A stretch of DNA of 64,000 nucleotides from Candidatus Cloacimonadales bacterium (GCA_963662275.1 OY759316.1:3424001-3488000), one strand, 5' to 3'; counted from the stretch's first letter, positions 39,162 to 49,433 are shown. Numbers and translations are program-made. Notes: a model not told the origin generated them from the letters alone.

Positions 39162-41684
39162 ATGAATATAAACTCTTTTAAAGATCGTCGCTTTACCTCC
39201 TTTTTTTCATTAATTATCGTTGCATCACTAATGATCATCGTTGTGGTTTTCCTTTTTTTAAATGGTCTGGAGAAAAAAAACCGTAAGGATGAAGCAGAAA
39301 ACTTACTGCTATTAGTGCAGCGCAATGAAACAATGCTTGAGAATTGGGTTGTGGAGAGAAAGACAGACCTTCAATTATTGGCGTCGAACACCCTCTTGGT
39401 TGAGAAATTAAGCAATTATAAACAAAATGCTGTTTCTCCAAATGACACAAAATTTATTATTGATCTGCTTTTTCGGTACAGAACACAAAAAAAATATCGA
39501 GATGTATTTTTTACCGATATAAATGGCAAAGTATTGATATCGGCGAATAGTAAAAATAATTATAGTAAAGCACTTATCATTAATGATTGGAAAGCAGGAT
39601 TGCTTAACAAGGATATCAATATGGGAGATATGAAGCGAAGTGAGATATCCCATGATGAAATTGTTCTAGATTTTTACTTACCTGTTTTCAGAGAAACAAA
39701 TCATGATGTAATTCCAGTAGGTTTTTTGGTTTTACGCGCAAGTCCTCAAGACTTTATCTATCCTATGTTAGATAACCTTCCGAGAAAGTCTAAAACTACC
39801 GAAAGTAATTTGGTCGAAAAACAAGGGGATAACGTCGTATACTTAAATCAATTAAAGCACAAATCTGAAATTCCTTTTCGCTTCAGTTTACCCCTTTCTA
39901 CGCCAAATCTTACAGCAGCAATGGCTGCAAATGATATGGCAGGCTCATATATAGGGAAAGACTATGCCGGTAATAAAGTAATTGCAGCGATGGATTCTGT
40001 AAGATTTACTAAATGGCATCTTATAGCCAAGATTGATTATAAGGAAGCTCTATCAGGTTTTTATGCAGAACGGATATTAATTTTTGTGATTTTGCTGATA
40101 TTAATTGCTTTTGTATTGGCTATTTTAATAAATAGAGGAATAAAACAGAAATTTGAAATCCTAACAATGCAAAATGAAAATGAAGATAAGCATATGGCAA
40201 TTCTAAAACACTTTGAGTATCTATTCAAAAATGCCAATGATATTATCCTGCTGACTGATTTTGATGGTAAAATTGTGGAGGCAAATGGAAAAGCTGAAAA
40301 CATGTATGGTTACAGTTATGATGAACTTAAAGGGATGAATATTTATCAAATTACTGCCCCGGAATTTCATGAATTATCCAAAGGAATAGAAACAAGTCCT
40401 GATATTTCAACAGGAAGAGTCTATGAAGTTGATCATATTAGGCGATCAGGGGAACATTTCCCTGTGGAAATAAGCGCAGTAGCTATAACTGTAGGTGATA
40501 AGCAATTCATACAGAGAATAATCCGGGATATTTCCGAGAGGAAGCTGGCTGAAAAACAACTGCTTGATCTGAATAAGCAGTTGGAATGCAAAGTGACAGA
40601 GCGCACGAAAGAAGTAAAAGAGGTTTACAGTAAATTAGAAGGATTTTTCAAAGTCAGTATTGATCTACTTGCTATCGCCAATTCCGAAGGGTATTTCCTA
40701 CAGTTGAATCCTGAATGGGAAAAGGTTTTGGGATATACTATCGAGGAATTGACCAATAGAAAATACCTGGATTTCGTTCATCCTGATGATCTTCAAAGTA
40801 GTTTGGATGCTTTAAAAGTCATGTCCCAGGAAACGCCATTGAAACACTTCATCACACAATATCTCTGTAAAGACGGTACATATAAGTTCCTGGAATGGAA
40901 TGTAGCTCCGGAAAGTGATCTTCAATATATTTCAGCTCATGATATCACTGACAGTAAAATAGCAGAGGATAAAATATCTGCTTTAAATACAGTGTTAATG
41001 AATACAAATAAGGAATTGGAAAGTTTTTCATACTCTGTCTCCCATGACCTGAGAGCCCCATTGAGAAGCATGGAAGGTTATAGTTCTGCCTTACGGAATG
41101 GATATGCAGATAAAATAGACGAACAGGGAGTGCATTACCTGGATAGAATACAGAATGCTGCTGTAAAAATGTCCACGTTGATCAATGATATGCTGGAATT
41201 ATCACAATTGGGACAAAAGCAGCTCTCCTTCCAGATTATCAATCTCAGTGATATCGCCAATAAGGTGGCGATAGAATTGAAAGAGGCATATCCTGAACAA
41301 AAAATATCCTTCAGAATTGCTGAGACAACATCCATTTCAGCGGATAGTGATTTAATGAAGATTGTCTTTAAAAACTTACTGGATAATTCCCGTAAGTTCT
41401 CAGCTAAGAAAGAAGTTAGTGAGATCGTTTTCGCTTCAAAAAAAGAAAAAGGACAAACCGTATATTATGTCCAGGATAACGGTGAAGGATTTGATATGGA
41501 ATATGCTGATAAACTGTTTACTCCCTTCCAGCGATATCACCATGCTGAGAACTTTGCCGGAACGGGAATAGGTTTAAGCATCGTATTTAGAATTATCAAC
41601 CGTCACAATGGAATGGTCTGGGTTGAGAGCACGATTGAAAATGGTACAACTGTTTTCTTTACCATAAACTCCAAAGGAGAATGA
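39162..41684 (+). CDS. Membrane sensor histidine kinase (Cache-like, two PAS, HisKA/HATPase)
   Basis: Two TM segments; PAS motifs; FSYSVSHDLRAPLR, NLLDNSRKF, DNGEGFD, GTGIGL. Confidence 0.93.
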   Translation: MNINSFKDRRFTSFFSLIIVASLMIIVVVFLFLNGLEKKNRKDEAENLLLLVQRNETMLENWVVERKTDLQLLASNTLLVEKLSNYKQNAVSPNDTKFIIDLLFRYRTQKKYRDVFFTDINGKVLISANSKNNYSKALIINDWKAGLLNKDINMGDMKRSEISHDEIVLDFYLPVFRETNHDVIPVGFLVLRASPQDFIYPMLDNLPRKSKTTESNLVEKQGDNVVYLNQLKHKSEIPFRFSLPLSTPNLTAAMAANDMAGSYIGKDYAGNKVIAAMDSVRFTKWHLIAKIDYKEALSGFYAERILIFVILLILIAFVLAILINRGIKQKFEILTMQNENEDKHMAILKHFEYLFKNANDIILLTDFDGKIVEANGKAENMYGYSYDELKGMNIYQITAPEFHELSKGIETSPDISTGRVYEVDHIRRSGEHFPVEISAVAITVGDKQFIQRIIRDISERKLAEKQLLDLNKQLECKVTERTKEVKEVYSKLEGFFKVSIDLLAIANSEGYFLQLNPEWEKVLGYTIEELTNRKYLDFVHPDDLQSSLDALKVMSQETPLKHFITQYLCKDGTYKFLEWNVAPESDLQYISAHDITDSKIAEDKISALNTVLMNTNKELESFSYSVSHDLRAPLRSMEGYSSALRNGYADKIDEQGVHYLDRIQNAAVKMSTLINDMLELSQLGQKQLSFQIINLSDIANKVAIELKEAYPEQKISFRIAETTSISADSDLMKIVFKNLLDNSRKFSAKKEVSEIVFASKKEKGQTVYYVQDNGEGFDMEYADKLFTPFQRYHHAENFAGTGIGLSIVFRIINRHNGMVWVESTIENGTTVFFTINSKGE

Positions 41685-41685
41685 A

Positions 41686-42126
41686 ATGAACAACAAAAAG
41701 ATACTTCTTGTTGAGGATAATCCTGATGATATTGAACTGACAATATTGGCTTTTAAACAAAGTAACTTACAAAATGAAGTTGTCGTTGTGAGAGACGGTC
41801 AGGAAGCCTTGGACTACTTGTTTTGCACTGGCACATATGCAAGTAGGGATATGAACGATTATCCGGCAATCGTGCTTTTGGATTTGAATCTGCCCAAAAT
41901 CAAAGGGCTGCAAATCCTGAAGGAAATAAGGTCTAATCCACATACACAGTTAATTCCTGTCATCGTTCTTACCAGTTCAAAGATGGAGAAAGATTTGATT
42001 CAGAGTTACCTTGGTGGTGCGAATAGCTATATTCAGAAACCTGTGGTTCTTTCTGACTTCTTCTCAGCAATCAATGCCCTTGGTGTTTTCTGGCTATTGG
42101 TCACCGAATTACCTCCAAAGACCTAG
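41686..42126 (+). CDS. Single-domain response regulator (Rcp1-like)
   Basis: LLVEDNPDD, LLDLNLPK, VLTSS, ANSYIQKP. Confidence 0.93.
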   Translation: MNNKKILLVEDNPDDIELTILAFKQSNLQNEVVVVRDGQEALDYLFCTGTYASRDMNDYPAIVLLDLNLPKIKGLQILKEIRSNPHTQLIPVIVLTSSKMEKDLIQSYLGGANSYIQKPVVLSDFFSAINALGVFWLLVTELPPKT

Positions 42127-42128
42127 AA

Positions 42129-44045
42129 ATGGAAAAATTCTTAAGAATTCTGTTTATTGAAGATTCAGAAGATGATGTCTTTCTGATCACAACTCACATC
42201 CAGAATTCCGGTTACACGGTATCAGGTACAAGGGTTGATAATGACCACGATTACCTGGTTGCATTGCAGCAAGGTTATTACTGGGATGTGATTTTATCAG
42301 ATTATGCCCTGCCTGGATTTTCAGGAAGAAGAGCTTTGGATCTGTTTCGTAAAACAGAATTAAAGATACCATTTATCCTGATATCGGGAGCGTTGGGAGA
42401 AGACATAGCTGTCTTAATGCTGAAATCAGGAGCCAGCGACTTTGTATTAAAGAATAATCTCCGAAGATTAGTACCGGCAATTGAAAGAGGTGTGGAAGAA
42501 AGTAAACAAAGACGGGAACGCCAAGCTTCTGAGCAACCTATAACACCGGCAGAAGGCATCTTGCTACGTAGCCCTGTTGTTGTTTACCAGGGAAGTCTTG
42601 AACTCAGGGAACACCCTAAATTTATCTCAGATAATTTCCGAATATTCGGCTTTAACATGGATGAATTTCAGAATGAGCAAGTTCTGTTCAGCGATATCAT
42701 ATATCCTGATGATCTTAACAGGATTACCGCTGAAATCTTGAATTATGACAAACTGAAAGTTGATAACTATACACTCCAGTACAGAATAATCAACCCAAAA
42801 CAAGAAATCACTTGGGTAAAGGATTATATCACAGTGATTCGCAATGAGAAAGGGGAAGTCACGAATAGGGAAGGAACTCTTATTGGTATCACTGACCTGG
42901 AAGTAACACCGGAAAAGCAGCAGGAGAACTTTGAAATATACAGAAGTCTTTTCCAGGATAATATTGAATTATTATTGGTAATTGCACCCGAAACCCTTAC
43001 CATCATTGATGCAAATCGAGCAGCTTGTATTTTTTATGGCTACACACATGATGAAATCCTGAAAAAGAAGATATATGACCTCAGTATCGGTAACAAGGCA
43101 GAATTATATTCTGAATTTACCAAGTCACTACATTCTAATAATTACCGAACTTATGATAAGCATAAATTATCCAATGGGCAAATACGAACACTGGAAATTC
43201 ATGCCGGTCAGGTTAACCTCGGTGGAAAGGCGTATATACGGGCTGTATTGTTCGATATCACAAACCAGGATGCACAGGAAAAGAAGCCTGGAGGAATCGA
43301 TAAATATCTGGATTTACTGGATATCCTACCTCATTGCACGATGATTACGGATATGAAGCATAACATACTTCATGCCAATGCTGAATGTGTCAAATTGCTC
43401 GGATATTCTTCCATTAAAGAATTGGTGAATAAATCAGGTATGGAGCTGTTTTCCCCTGAATACATTCAAATGTTTGCCGATCAACAGATTGTGGATACTT
43501 TGATAAACACCGGACAAATTCAAAGCATGAAAGTCAGACTTATAAATAAAAACGGTACTATCTTTTGGAATTCAATGGATTGCCGTCTAATTAAAGACAC
43601 TGATGGAAAACCAGATGGAATATTATCTGTTTTCTCCGATACAAGTAAACAGGACAAGGCATTTCAGGATGTTGAGGAAAGTGAACAGAGATTTCTGTTA
43701 AACTTCGAAAACGCTCCGATTGGCAAGGCAATGGTTACGATGGACAATAGCTTTCTGAAAGTGAATCAAGCTTTTATCAGGATGTTGTTATGGGTGAACA
43801 GGGATTACTCACAGTATACAATGCTGGATCTTTTTAATACGGAAGATATTCAGTTCTATATTTCTTCCACTAAACAACTAACAGATAAATCAACTGATCA
43901 TGTATCATGGAAAAGCATGATTAAAATTGATGATAATCAAACAATGCCTGTTCAGATTTCTGCTACGCTTATTAGTTTTGAATCTATTCCACAGTATTTC
44001 CTTATCCAAATGGAAGAAATTACTCAAAGTAAACAACAACTGTAA
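42129..44045 (+). CDS. REC + multiple PAS domain protein with no recognisable output domain
   Basis: ILFIEDSEDD..LSDYALP..GASDFVLK followed by four PAS-like segments. Confidence 0.85.
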   Translation: MEKFLRILFIEDSEDDVFLITTHIQNSGYTVSGTRVDNDHDYLVALQQGYYWDVILSDYALPGFSGRRALDLFRKTELKIPFILISGALGEDIAVLMLKSGASDFVLKNNLRRLVPAIERGVEESKQRRERQASEQPITPAEGILLRSPVVVYQGSLELREHPKFISDNFRIFGFNMDEFQNEQVLFSDIIYPDDLNRITAEILNYDKLKVDNYTLQYRIINPKQEITWVKDYITVIRNEKGEVTNREGTLIGITDLEVTPEKQQENFEIYRSLFQDNIELLLVIAPETLTIIDANRAACIFYGYTHDEILKKKIYDLSIGNKAELYSEFTKSLHSNNYRTYDKHKLSNGQIRTLEIHAGQVNLGGKAYIRAVLFDITNQDAQEKKPGGIDKYLDLLDILPHCTMITDMKHNILHANAECVKLLGYSSIKELVNKSGMELFSPEYIQMFADQQIVDTLINTGQIQSMKVRLINKNGTIFWNSMDCRLIKDTDGKPDGILSVFSDTSKQDKAFQDVEESEQRFLLNFENAPIGKAMVTMDNSFLKVNQAFIRMLLWVNRDYSQYTMLDLFNTEDIQFYISSTKQLTDKSTDHVSWKSMIKIDDNQTMPVQISATLISFESIPQYFLIQMEEITQSKQQL

Positions 44046-44062
44046 CGCGTAACAAATTAGTT

Positions 44063-44620
44063 TTACAGTTTGCTAATTATCCCTTTTGCTTTCTTTAAAA
44101 ACTTCACAAACTTTTCTTCTGCATCCGGATTCATTGAACCGCCAAAAAAGAGGGAATCAACTTTCACCATTTTGAAAAAGCCTGTAAGTGTTTCATTCAT
44201 TTTTTTAGGAATAGAGGAATAGTATTTTGCAGGTGCACCGGAAGCCATGATAAGAATATATTTCTTGCCGGGTGTGAAGTTAACTGTCATATTTTCACCA
44301 ACAAATATGCACCAGCGATCCAGGAAAGTCTTGGCAGTGCCGGATATGTAATCCATATAAATAGGAGCACTGAGGATAACACAATCAGCATCGATAAACT
44401 TCTGCATAACAGGTGTCAGGTCATCTTTTAAAGCGCAATGCTGGTTTATCGGTAAGTTAATCTGCGTCCCACAATTTCCACATGACTTAAAATTCAGATC
44501 ATACAAAGATATAATTTCTGTCTTATGTCCCTGTTTTTTTGCTTCTTCGATCAAAGTATTCACCATACGTGCTGTGTAACCGTTTTTACGAGAACTGGAA
44601 ATAAAACCAAGTACTTTCAT
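44063..44620 (-). CDS. Flavodoxin-family iron-sulfur flavoprotein / NADPH-dependent FMN reductase
   Basis: SSSRKNGYT, C.NC..C..KDD, SAPIY, KTFLDR. Start at MKVLG after AGGAG. Confidence 0.88.
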   Translation of the reverse strand: MKVLGFISSSRKNGYTARMVNTLIEEAKKQGHKTEIISLYDLNFKSCGNCGTQINLPINQHCALKDDLTPVMQKFIDADCVILSAPIYMDYISGTAKTFLDRWCIFVGENMTVNFTPGKKYILIMASGAPAKYYSSIPKKMNETLTGFFKMVKVDSLFFGGSMNPDAEEKFVKFLKKAKGIISKL

Positions 44621-44722
44621 AATATCTCCTATTTGATTGTTTGAAAATGTCGTCTCGTTGGATTTCAAATCTCCAATACCTTTATTATACAATCCCAGAT
44701 GAAAGGAGATTTGGATTCACCC

Positions 44723-45397
44723 CTATTTATGCTGCGTAGTTTTAATTTTTCCAGCAATCGTACTGAGTAATCGATTGAGAAAATCACGATAGAATTCAAT
44801 AGGGGTAACCAGGTTATTCACAAAGGCATAAAATGTTTTTGCATGCAGGATTGCCAGGTTCGCCATGGTACGTAAGCTATAAAAAAGGTAAGAGATGAAA
44901 ATGACAGGATTTTCTTCCTTTCTGACTGTACCATCTTCCTGACCAAGACGCAGAGCTTCTTCCACCAGGGCAAAACCTTTCTGGTTCACTTCCAAGAATT
45001 CATTCAGCGTATCTTCCTGGATCTGGGTATAGTCCAATCCCTGTACGTCCATATAGAGTTGGAAACGTAGATACTCAGGATAAGAATTAAAAAACCGGTA
45101 ATATTCTTCTCCAAAAGCAACAACTTTATCAAAACCGGTTGCAGCAAGTGCCATCCTTTTTTCCAGGGCATCAATCTTCATCCGATTATAGCGTAGATGA
45201 ACGGCTAAATACAGATCATCCTTACTTTTAAAGTATGTGTATAATGTACGTCGACTGAATTCTGCCACTTTACCTACTTCATCAAGAGTAGTACTATCGT
45301 ATCCTTTTTTGAAGAAAACTTTCTCAGCAGCAGTGATAATCTCTTCTCTATGCCTGGCTTTTTCACGTATTCTACGTGCATTCATCATATACTCCAT
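44723..45397 (-). CDS. TetR/AcrR family regulator
   Basis: IITAAEKVF..KGYD.TTLDEV...AEFSRRTLYTYFKSKDDL. Confidence 0.92.
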   Translation of the reverse strand: MEYMMNARRIREKARHREEIITAAEKVFFKKGYDSTTLDEVGKVAEFSRRTLYTYFKSKDDLYLAVHLRYNRMKIDALEKRMALAATGFDKVVAFGEEYYRFFNSYPEYLRFQLYMDVQGLDYTQIQEDTLNEFLEVNQKGFALVEEALRLGQEDGTVRKEENPVIFISYLFYSLRTMANLAILHAKTFYAFVNNLVTPIEFYRDFLNRLLSTIAGKIKTTQHK

Positions 45398-45702
45398 TTG
45401 TTTAATTAACTCACATGTGTGAATTTATATATGGGAATATCCTGTGTCAAGAAGATTTATGAGATAGATAACTAGTGATACCCTACAAGGGCGTATCTAA
45501 TACCTTTTCTGCGTTTTGTTGCCGATGATCCTGACACCTGATTTGAATCTATCAGCTAAAACTTTGGAGAAATACGAAAGCCTGGTTGTCAAACTCCGTT
45601 TTGATATTTGGAGAATATGAGTTTCTACCCTTTTCAAAGAAGTTCCATATCAGTAGATATCCGAATAGTGAAGACGACTATACAAGAGAGACACCAAAAA
45701 GT

Positions 45703-45728
45703 GAGACGCCCATATAGGGCGTCTCTAC
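45703..45728 (-). repeat. GTAG-type REP hairpin
   Basis: Minus strand reads GTA-GAGACGCCC-TATAT-GGGCGTCTC. Confidence 0.7.
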
Positions 45729-45829
45729 ATTTGATTGACACAAATTGAAGTGTTCAAGTTGTTAAAATCCAGTTATCTTATCATACATCTAGATTGATAA
45801 CTATTTAGATTAGTAACATAGGAGGATAT

Positions 45830-46735
45830 ATGGAGATAAATAAGAAGACTTTTGAGTGTTTGTATAAGCACTTTCGGGAAATTCTACCAAACAGGATCAT
45901 GAAAGAGTTGGAATTATCAGCATCTGAATATGAGAAAATTCTACAGCATTGGGGGTTGGATGAACAAACGCAAATAGTACTTTCAGATGAAGCTAAGGGT
46001 ACAGGTAAACGCTTCATGCAGCTAACTCGTTATTCGTATTTAGAGGATTCTGACCAGGAAAAAGGGGTTCCCTGCCCACCTGCATATAAAAAACTGGAAG
46101 GGAAAGTATTTCCATTACCCTTGCACTCTGAGATTAAAAATCCCAAGATAAGTCTCTTAAAAATAATGGATCAACGTCGAAGCATAAGGGTATATGATGA
46201 TAAGACGCTTTCGATCGCTGAATTATCCTACTTATTATGGTCAACCCAAGGAGTTCGTCTGCATAAACAAACAGAAAAAGTATCATTTACTTTGCGGACA
46301 GTACCATCTGCGGGAGCGCGACATGCATTGGAAACCTATCTCCTGATCAATCAAGTGGAAGGTATCCCAGCAGGACTGTACTTTTATAATGTACAGGATC
46401 ATCAATTGATTCAGCTTAATACACAGCCTGATATTGCTGATTATATATCACAAGCATGCTGGGAACAGCCTATGATCAAAACTTCTGCTGTCACTTTCAT
46501 CTGGGTGGCAATTCCTTATCGCATGAGTTGGCGTTATGGAGAAAGAACGTGGCGTTATCTTCATCTGGATGCAGGACATGTATGCCAGAATCTATATTTA
46601 GCAGGAGAGTCTATTAATTCAGGAGTATGTGCTATCGGAGCTTACTCAGATGAACTTTTTGCGATTGCCCTGGATTTGGATATCGACCAGGAATTTGTGA
46701 TTTATGCAGCCACAATCGGCAAAAAGCTGGAATAG
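45830..46735 (+). CDS. SagB/ThcOx-type nitroreductase-family dehydrogenase
   Basis: RRSIRVY, LSYLLWSTQG, RTVPSAGARHALETY, LDAGHVCQNLYL. No YcaO partner seen. Confidence 0.88.
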   Translation: MEINKKTFECLYKHFREILPNRIMKELELSASEYEKILQHWGLDEQTQIVLSDEAKGTGKRFMQLTRYSYLEDSDQEKGVPCPPAYKKLEGKVFPLPLHSEIKNPKISLLKIMDQRRSIRVYDDKTLSIAELSYLLWSTQGVRLHKQTEKVSFTLRTVPSAGARHALETYLLINQVEGIPAGLYFYNVQDHQLIQLNTQPDIADYISQACWEQPMIKTSAVTFIWVAIPYRMSWRYGERTWRYLHLDAGHVCQNLYLAGESINSGVCAIGAYSDELFAIALDLDIDQEFVIYAATIGKKLE

Positions 46736-46746
46736 GGAAAATTTGA

Positions 46747-46775
46747 TTGACATGAAAACCACCCATTTATAGCTT
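46747..46775 (+). promoter_or_regulatory. Candidate sigma70 promoter of the tRNA cluster
   Basis: TTGACA-N17-TAGCTT, ending about 20 nt before tRNA-Lys. Confidence 0.55.
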
Positions 46776-46796
46776 GACCAAACGTTCAGCAAAAGT

Positions 46797-46871
46797 GGGC
46801 TTGTAACTCAGTGGTAGAGTATCTGCCTTTTAAGTAGAGAGTCGTTGGTTCGAGTCCAACCAGGCTCACCA
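46797..46871 (+). tRNA. tRNA-Lys (TTT)
   Basis: Cloverleaf; anticodon arm TCTGC-CTTTTAA-GTAGA; GGTTCGAGTCC; encoded CCA. Confidence 0.95.
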
Positions 46872-46879
46872 ACTTTTGC

Positions 46880-46954
46880 GACCCCATCGTCTATCGGTTA
46901 GGACTCCAGATTTTCATTCTGGCAAGAGGGGTTCAATTCCCCTTGGGGTCGCCA
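46880..46954 (+). tRNA. tRNA-Glu (TTC)
   Basis: CCAGA-TTTTCAT-TCTGG; GGTTCAATTCC; CCA. Confidence 0.95.
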
Positions 46955-46987
46955 TCATTTTTTGAGGAACGTACAGATCAAATAAGT

Positions 46988-47062
46988 GTCCCTTTCGTCT
47001 AGGGGTTAGGACACAAGATTCTCAGTCTTGGAACAGGGGTTCGATTCCCCTAGGGGATGCCA
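46988..47062 (+). tRNA. tRNA-Glu (CTC)
   Basis: CAAGA-TTCTCAG-TCTTG; GGTTCGATTCC; CCA. Confidence 0.95.
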
Positions 47063-47281
47063 CTTTTTATCTACCACAATTCTCCCAATTTACTTGAATT
47101 CCCAAAAGGTATCCTTACTGAAACCTGACACCTGAAATCAACAATCTACAATTAAATATTACTTGACTTATCGTAATATCTTCAACATTTCTTGCATCAT
47201 ACGTGTATATTAAGCATAACCTCTATCGATATCATCTATCATTATATACTTTAATCCAAACTAAAAAATAGAGGAGATCAC

Positions 47282-48433
47282 ATGAAAACAATAATATGTG
47301 CTTTTTTTTATTTAGCCATAACCAGCTTTTTAATGGGGACAAACAACTTCGGATTTTCAAAGGCAGTCTACACGACAAATGAAGAAGCCAAATCAGAGAA
47401 TCCTATAGTAACTCCTATGCTGGGGCAGTTTAATGAAGATGAAACCAGGGATGTAAACGCACCGGATAATGTCTCTATTTCTGTTGTAAATGGAATTGTC
47501 ACCTTGTCCTGGTCTCCCGCAGCCAATGCAACCAGCTACATCGTGGAAGGCTCCGGAATATGTGACTCATGCTTTTCAGATGTATCATCAACCGGCAGTT
47601 TTTCTAACTCGGAAGGATATGTGCATTGGGAAAAGTCATCCCCTGAACATTTTCAGTTTTATCGGGTAAGGTCTGTAATGAGCGACTTGCCTGCGAACTT
47701 CATCCTCGTGGAAGGGGGTACTTTTAATAATCATATATCTGATGTAACGCTTTCAACTTTCTATATAGACAAATTTGAAACTACCCAGGGATCATATCTT
47801 GCAGTGATGGGGAATAATCCGTCGATTGAATTTGGCGTGGGCTCGAACTATCCAGTTTACTACGTCTCTTGGTTCGATGCAATAGAATATTGCAATTGCA
47901 GGAGCCTGCTCGAAGGATTAACCCCATGTTACAGTTACAGTACCTTCGGAACGAATCCGGATAACTGGACTGTAGGTTGGGATGCTGATCAAAACAACCA
48001 TGTGAATGTTGCCTGCAACTGGACGGTCAATGGCTATCGCTTGCCGACCAGCATGGAATGGATGTATACCGCCTGGAGCGGGAATCTCCACCAAAATACT
48101 TTATACAGCGGGAGTTCCGATATGATGTGGTTCGGATGGCATTGTTATAACTCCGGTAACCGTACCCATGAGGTGGGAACATTGATGCCAAACCTGCTGG
48201 GTACCTATGATATGAGCGGTAACGTCTGGGAATGGGTCTGGGATATTTATGGTCCATATCCTGAAGATGCACAGACAAATCCTACCGGAGTAACTTTGGG
48301 ATCTACGCGAACCATTCGCGGTGGATACTTTTACAGTTTGCCTGAGGGATGTGAAGTTACCTTCCGGTATAATTACACACCTACTTATATTGATAAAGGC
48401 ATTGGGTTCCGGATTTGCAGGTCAGCCCCCTGA
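47282..48433 (+). CDS. Secreted FGE-sulfatase (SUMF1/C-type lectin fold) domain protein
   Basis: VEGGTF, YPVYYVSWFDA, YRLPTSMEW, YDMSGNVWEW, RGG...GFR. Confidence 0.9.
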   Translation: MKTIICAFFYLAITSFLMGTNNFGFSKAVYTTNEEAKSENPIVTPMLGQFNEDETRDVNAPDNVSISVVNGIVTLSWSPAANATSYIVEGSGICDSCFSDVSSTGSFSNSEGYVHWEKSSPEHFQFYRVRSVMSDLPANFILVEGGTFNNHISDVTLSTFYIDKFETTQGSYLAVMGNNPSIEFGVGSNYPVYYVSWFDAIEYCNCRSLLEGLTPCYSYSTFGTNPDNWTVGWDADQNNHVNVACNWTVNGYRLPTSMEWMYTAWSGNLHQNTLYSGSSDMMWFGWHCYNSGNRTHEVGTLMPNLLGTYDMSGNVWEWVWDIYGPYPEDAQTNPTGVTLGSTRTIRGGYFYSLPEGCEVTFRYNYTPTYIDKGIGFRICRSAP

Positions 48434-48470
48434 TATGCTGATTTAATATAATGTATATACAGAAGGTGAT

Positions 48471-48722
48471 AGCGTACAGCGTACAGCGTACAGCGTACAG
48501 CGTACAGCATACAGCGTACAGCATACAGCGTACAGCATACAGCGTACAGCATACAGCGTACAGCATACAGCGTACAGCGTACAGCATACAGCATACAGCG
48601 TACAGCATACAGCGTACAGCATACAGCATACAGCGTACAGCATACAGCATACAGCGTACAGCATACAGCGTACAGCGTACAGCATACAGCATACAGCGTA
48701 CAGCATACAGCGTACAGCGTAC
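48471..48722. repeat. 36-unit heptamer tandem array AGCRTAC
   Basis: 252 bp, no indels; only two variants, AGCGTAC and AGCATAC. Confidence 0.98.
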
Positions 48723-48778
48723 AGGTAACAGGTTCAGAGAAGAAGAGAATGTTCTTCTATTTCGTATTTCATAACTCG

Positions 48779-49030
48779 GACTCTGTGGAAAAAAGTAGCT
48801 AAGGAATACTGGAGTCCAAATCGCCACCGTGACTTTTTGATAATAGATTAATTATTGGCGATACGGACTTCAGTATTCCAATTACCTAAACAATTGATTA
48901 TTAACACTTTAAATTCGTTATTTTCCGCTAATGCCGAAGTCCGCAATTCCTATAAATTAGTAATAGTATGGTTGTTTTCTTTGGAATTTTGAACTCCGGC
49001 ATGCTTGTCTGGACTTTTTTCCACAGAGTC
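48779..49030. mobile_element. MITE, 252 bp, with 18-bp perfect TIR and 7-bp TSD
   Basis: GACTCTGTGGAAAAAAGT / ACTTTTTTCCACAGAGTC; TAACTCG at 48772-48778 and 49031-49037; two internal hairpins. Confidence 0.9.
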
Positions 49031-49139
49031 TAACTCGTAATTATTAATTAGCGATGCCTGACTGCTCTGTTAATTCGTACTTCGAACTTCCCCTAAGTCG
49101 CCCTTGAACAACCTGCTTAAGTGAAACTCAAAACCAGGT

Positions 49140-49433
49140 AATCAGAAACTAATCAAAAACTAAAATACTTTAGGAGCTGGTTAGGAGCTGATTAGGATCT
49201 GACTAGGTGCTGAATACTATCTCTCACGTGTGCCACTTGAGAGATAATTAAAAATGAAAAATGAAAAATTAAAAAATCAAGATTAAAAATGGCAGAAGCG
49301 TGGAGTAAGATTCCGATCTTACTGTCTTCTCTGCTCCCCCAATTTTATAAAGAGGGGGATCAAGGGGGCGTTAGTTCTTCTCTTCTTTGGAACTGGCACC
49401 TAGAACCTAAAACCTGACACTTTCTGCAAAAAA
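49140..49433. repeat. Mosaic of 11-mer tracts, AAAAATG heptamers, a GTGG REP, a C/G palindrome and AGGTGYT-type heptamers
   Basis: Four TAGGAGCTGRT-like units (49171-49214); GCGTGGAGTAAGATTCCGATCTTACTG (49298-49324); CCCCC..GGGGGATCAAGGGGG. Confidence 0.8.

Noticed and set aside
45480..45700. Possible gene remnant between tetR and the nitroreductase
   Set aside because: The minus-strand frames I translated by hand gave only short open stretches without recognisable motifs.
45830..46735. SagB-like gene as part of an azole RiPP cluster
   Set aside because: No YcaO, precursor peptide or transporter is nearby, and stand-alone SagB-type nitroreductases are common in anaerobes.
46797..47300. tRNA cluster as the integration site of a genomic island
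   Set aside because: I saw no integrase and no duplicated tRNA 3' end in the window.
48300..48433. FGE/C-type-lectin C-terminus as a diversity-generating retroelement variable region
   Set aside because: I found no template repeat or reverse transcriptase in the window, and several codons (TTG, GAG, GGA, GAA, AAA) do not fit AAY-derived mutagenesis. A remote DGR cannot be fully excluded.
48381..48827. Four overlapping ORFs (MLYAVRC..., AYSVQRT...)
   Set aside because: They are translations of the stop-free heptamer array, with no convincing RBS and no domain.
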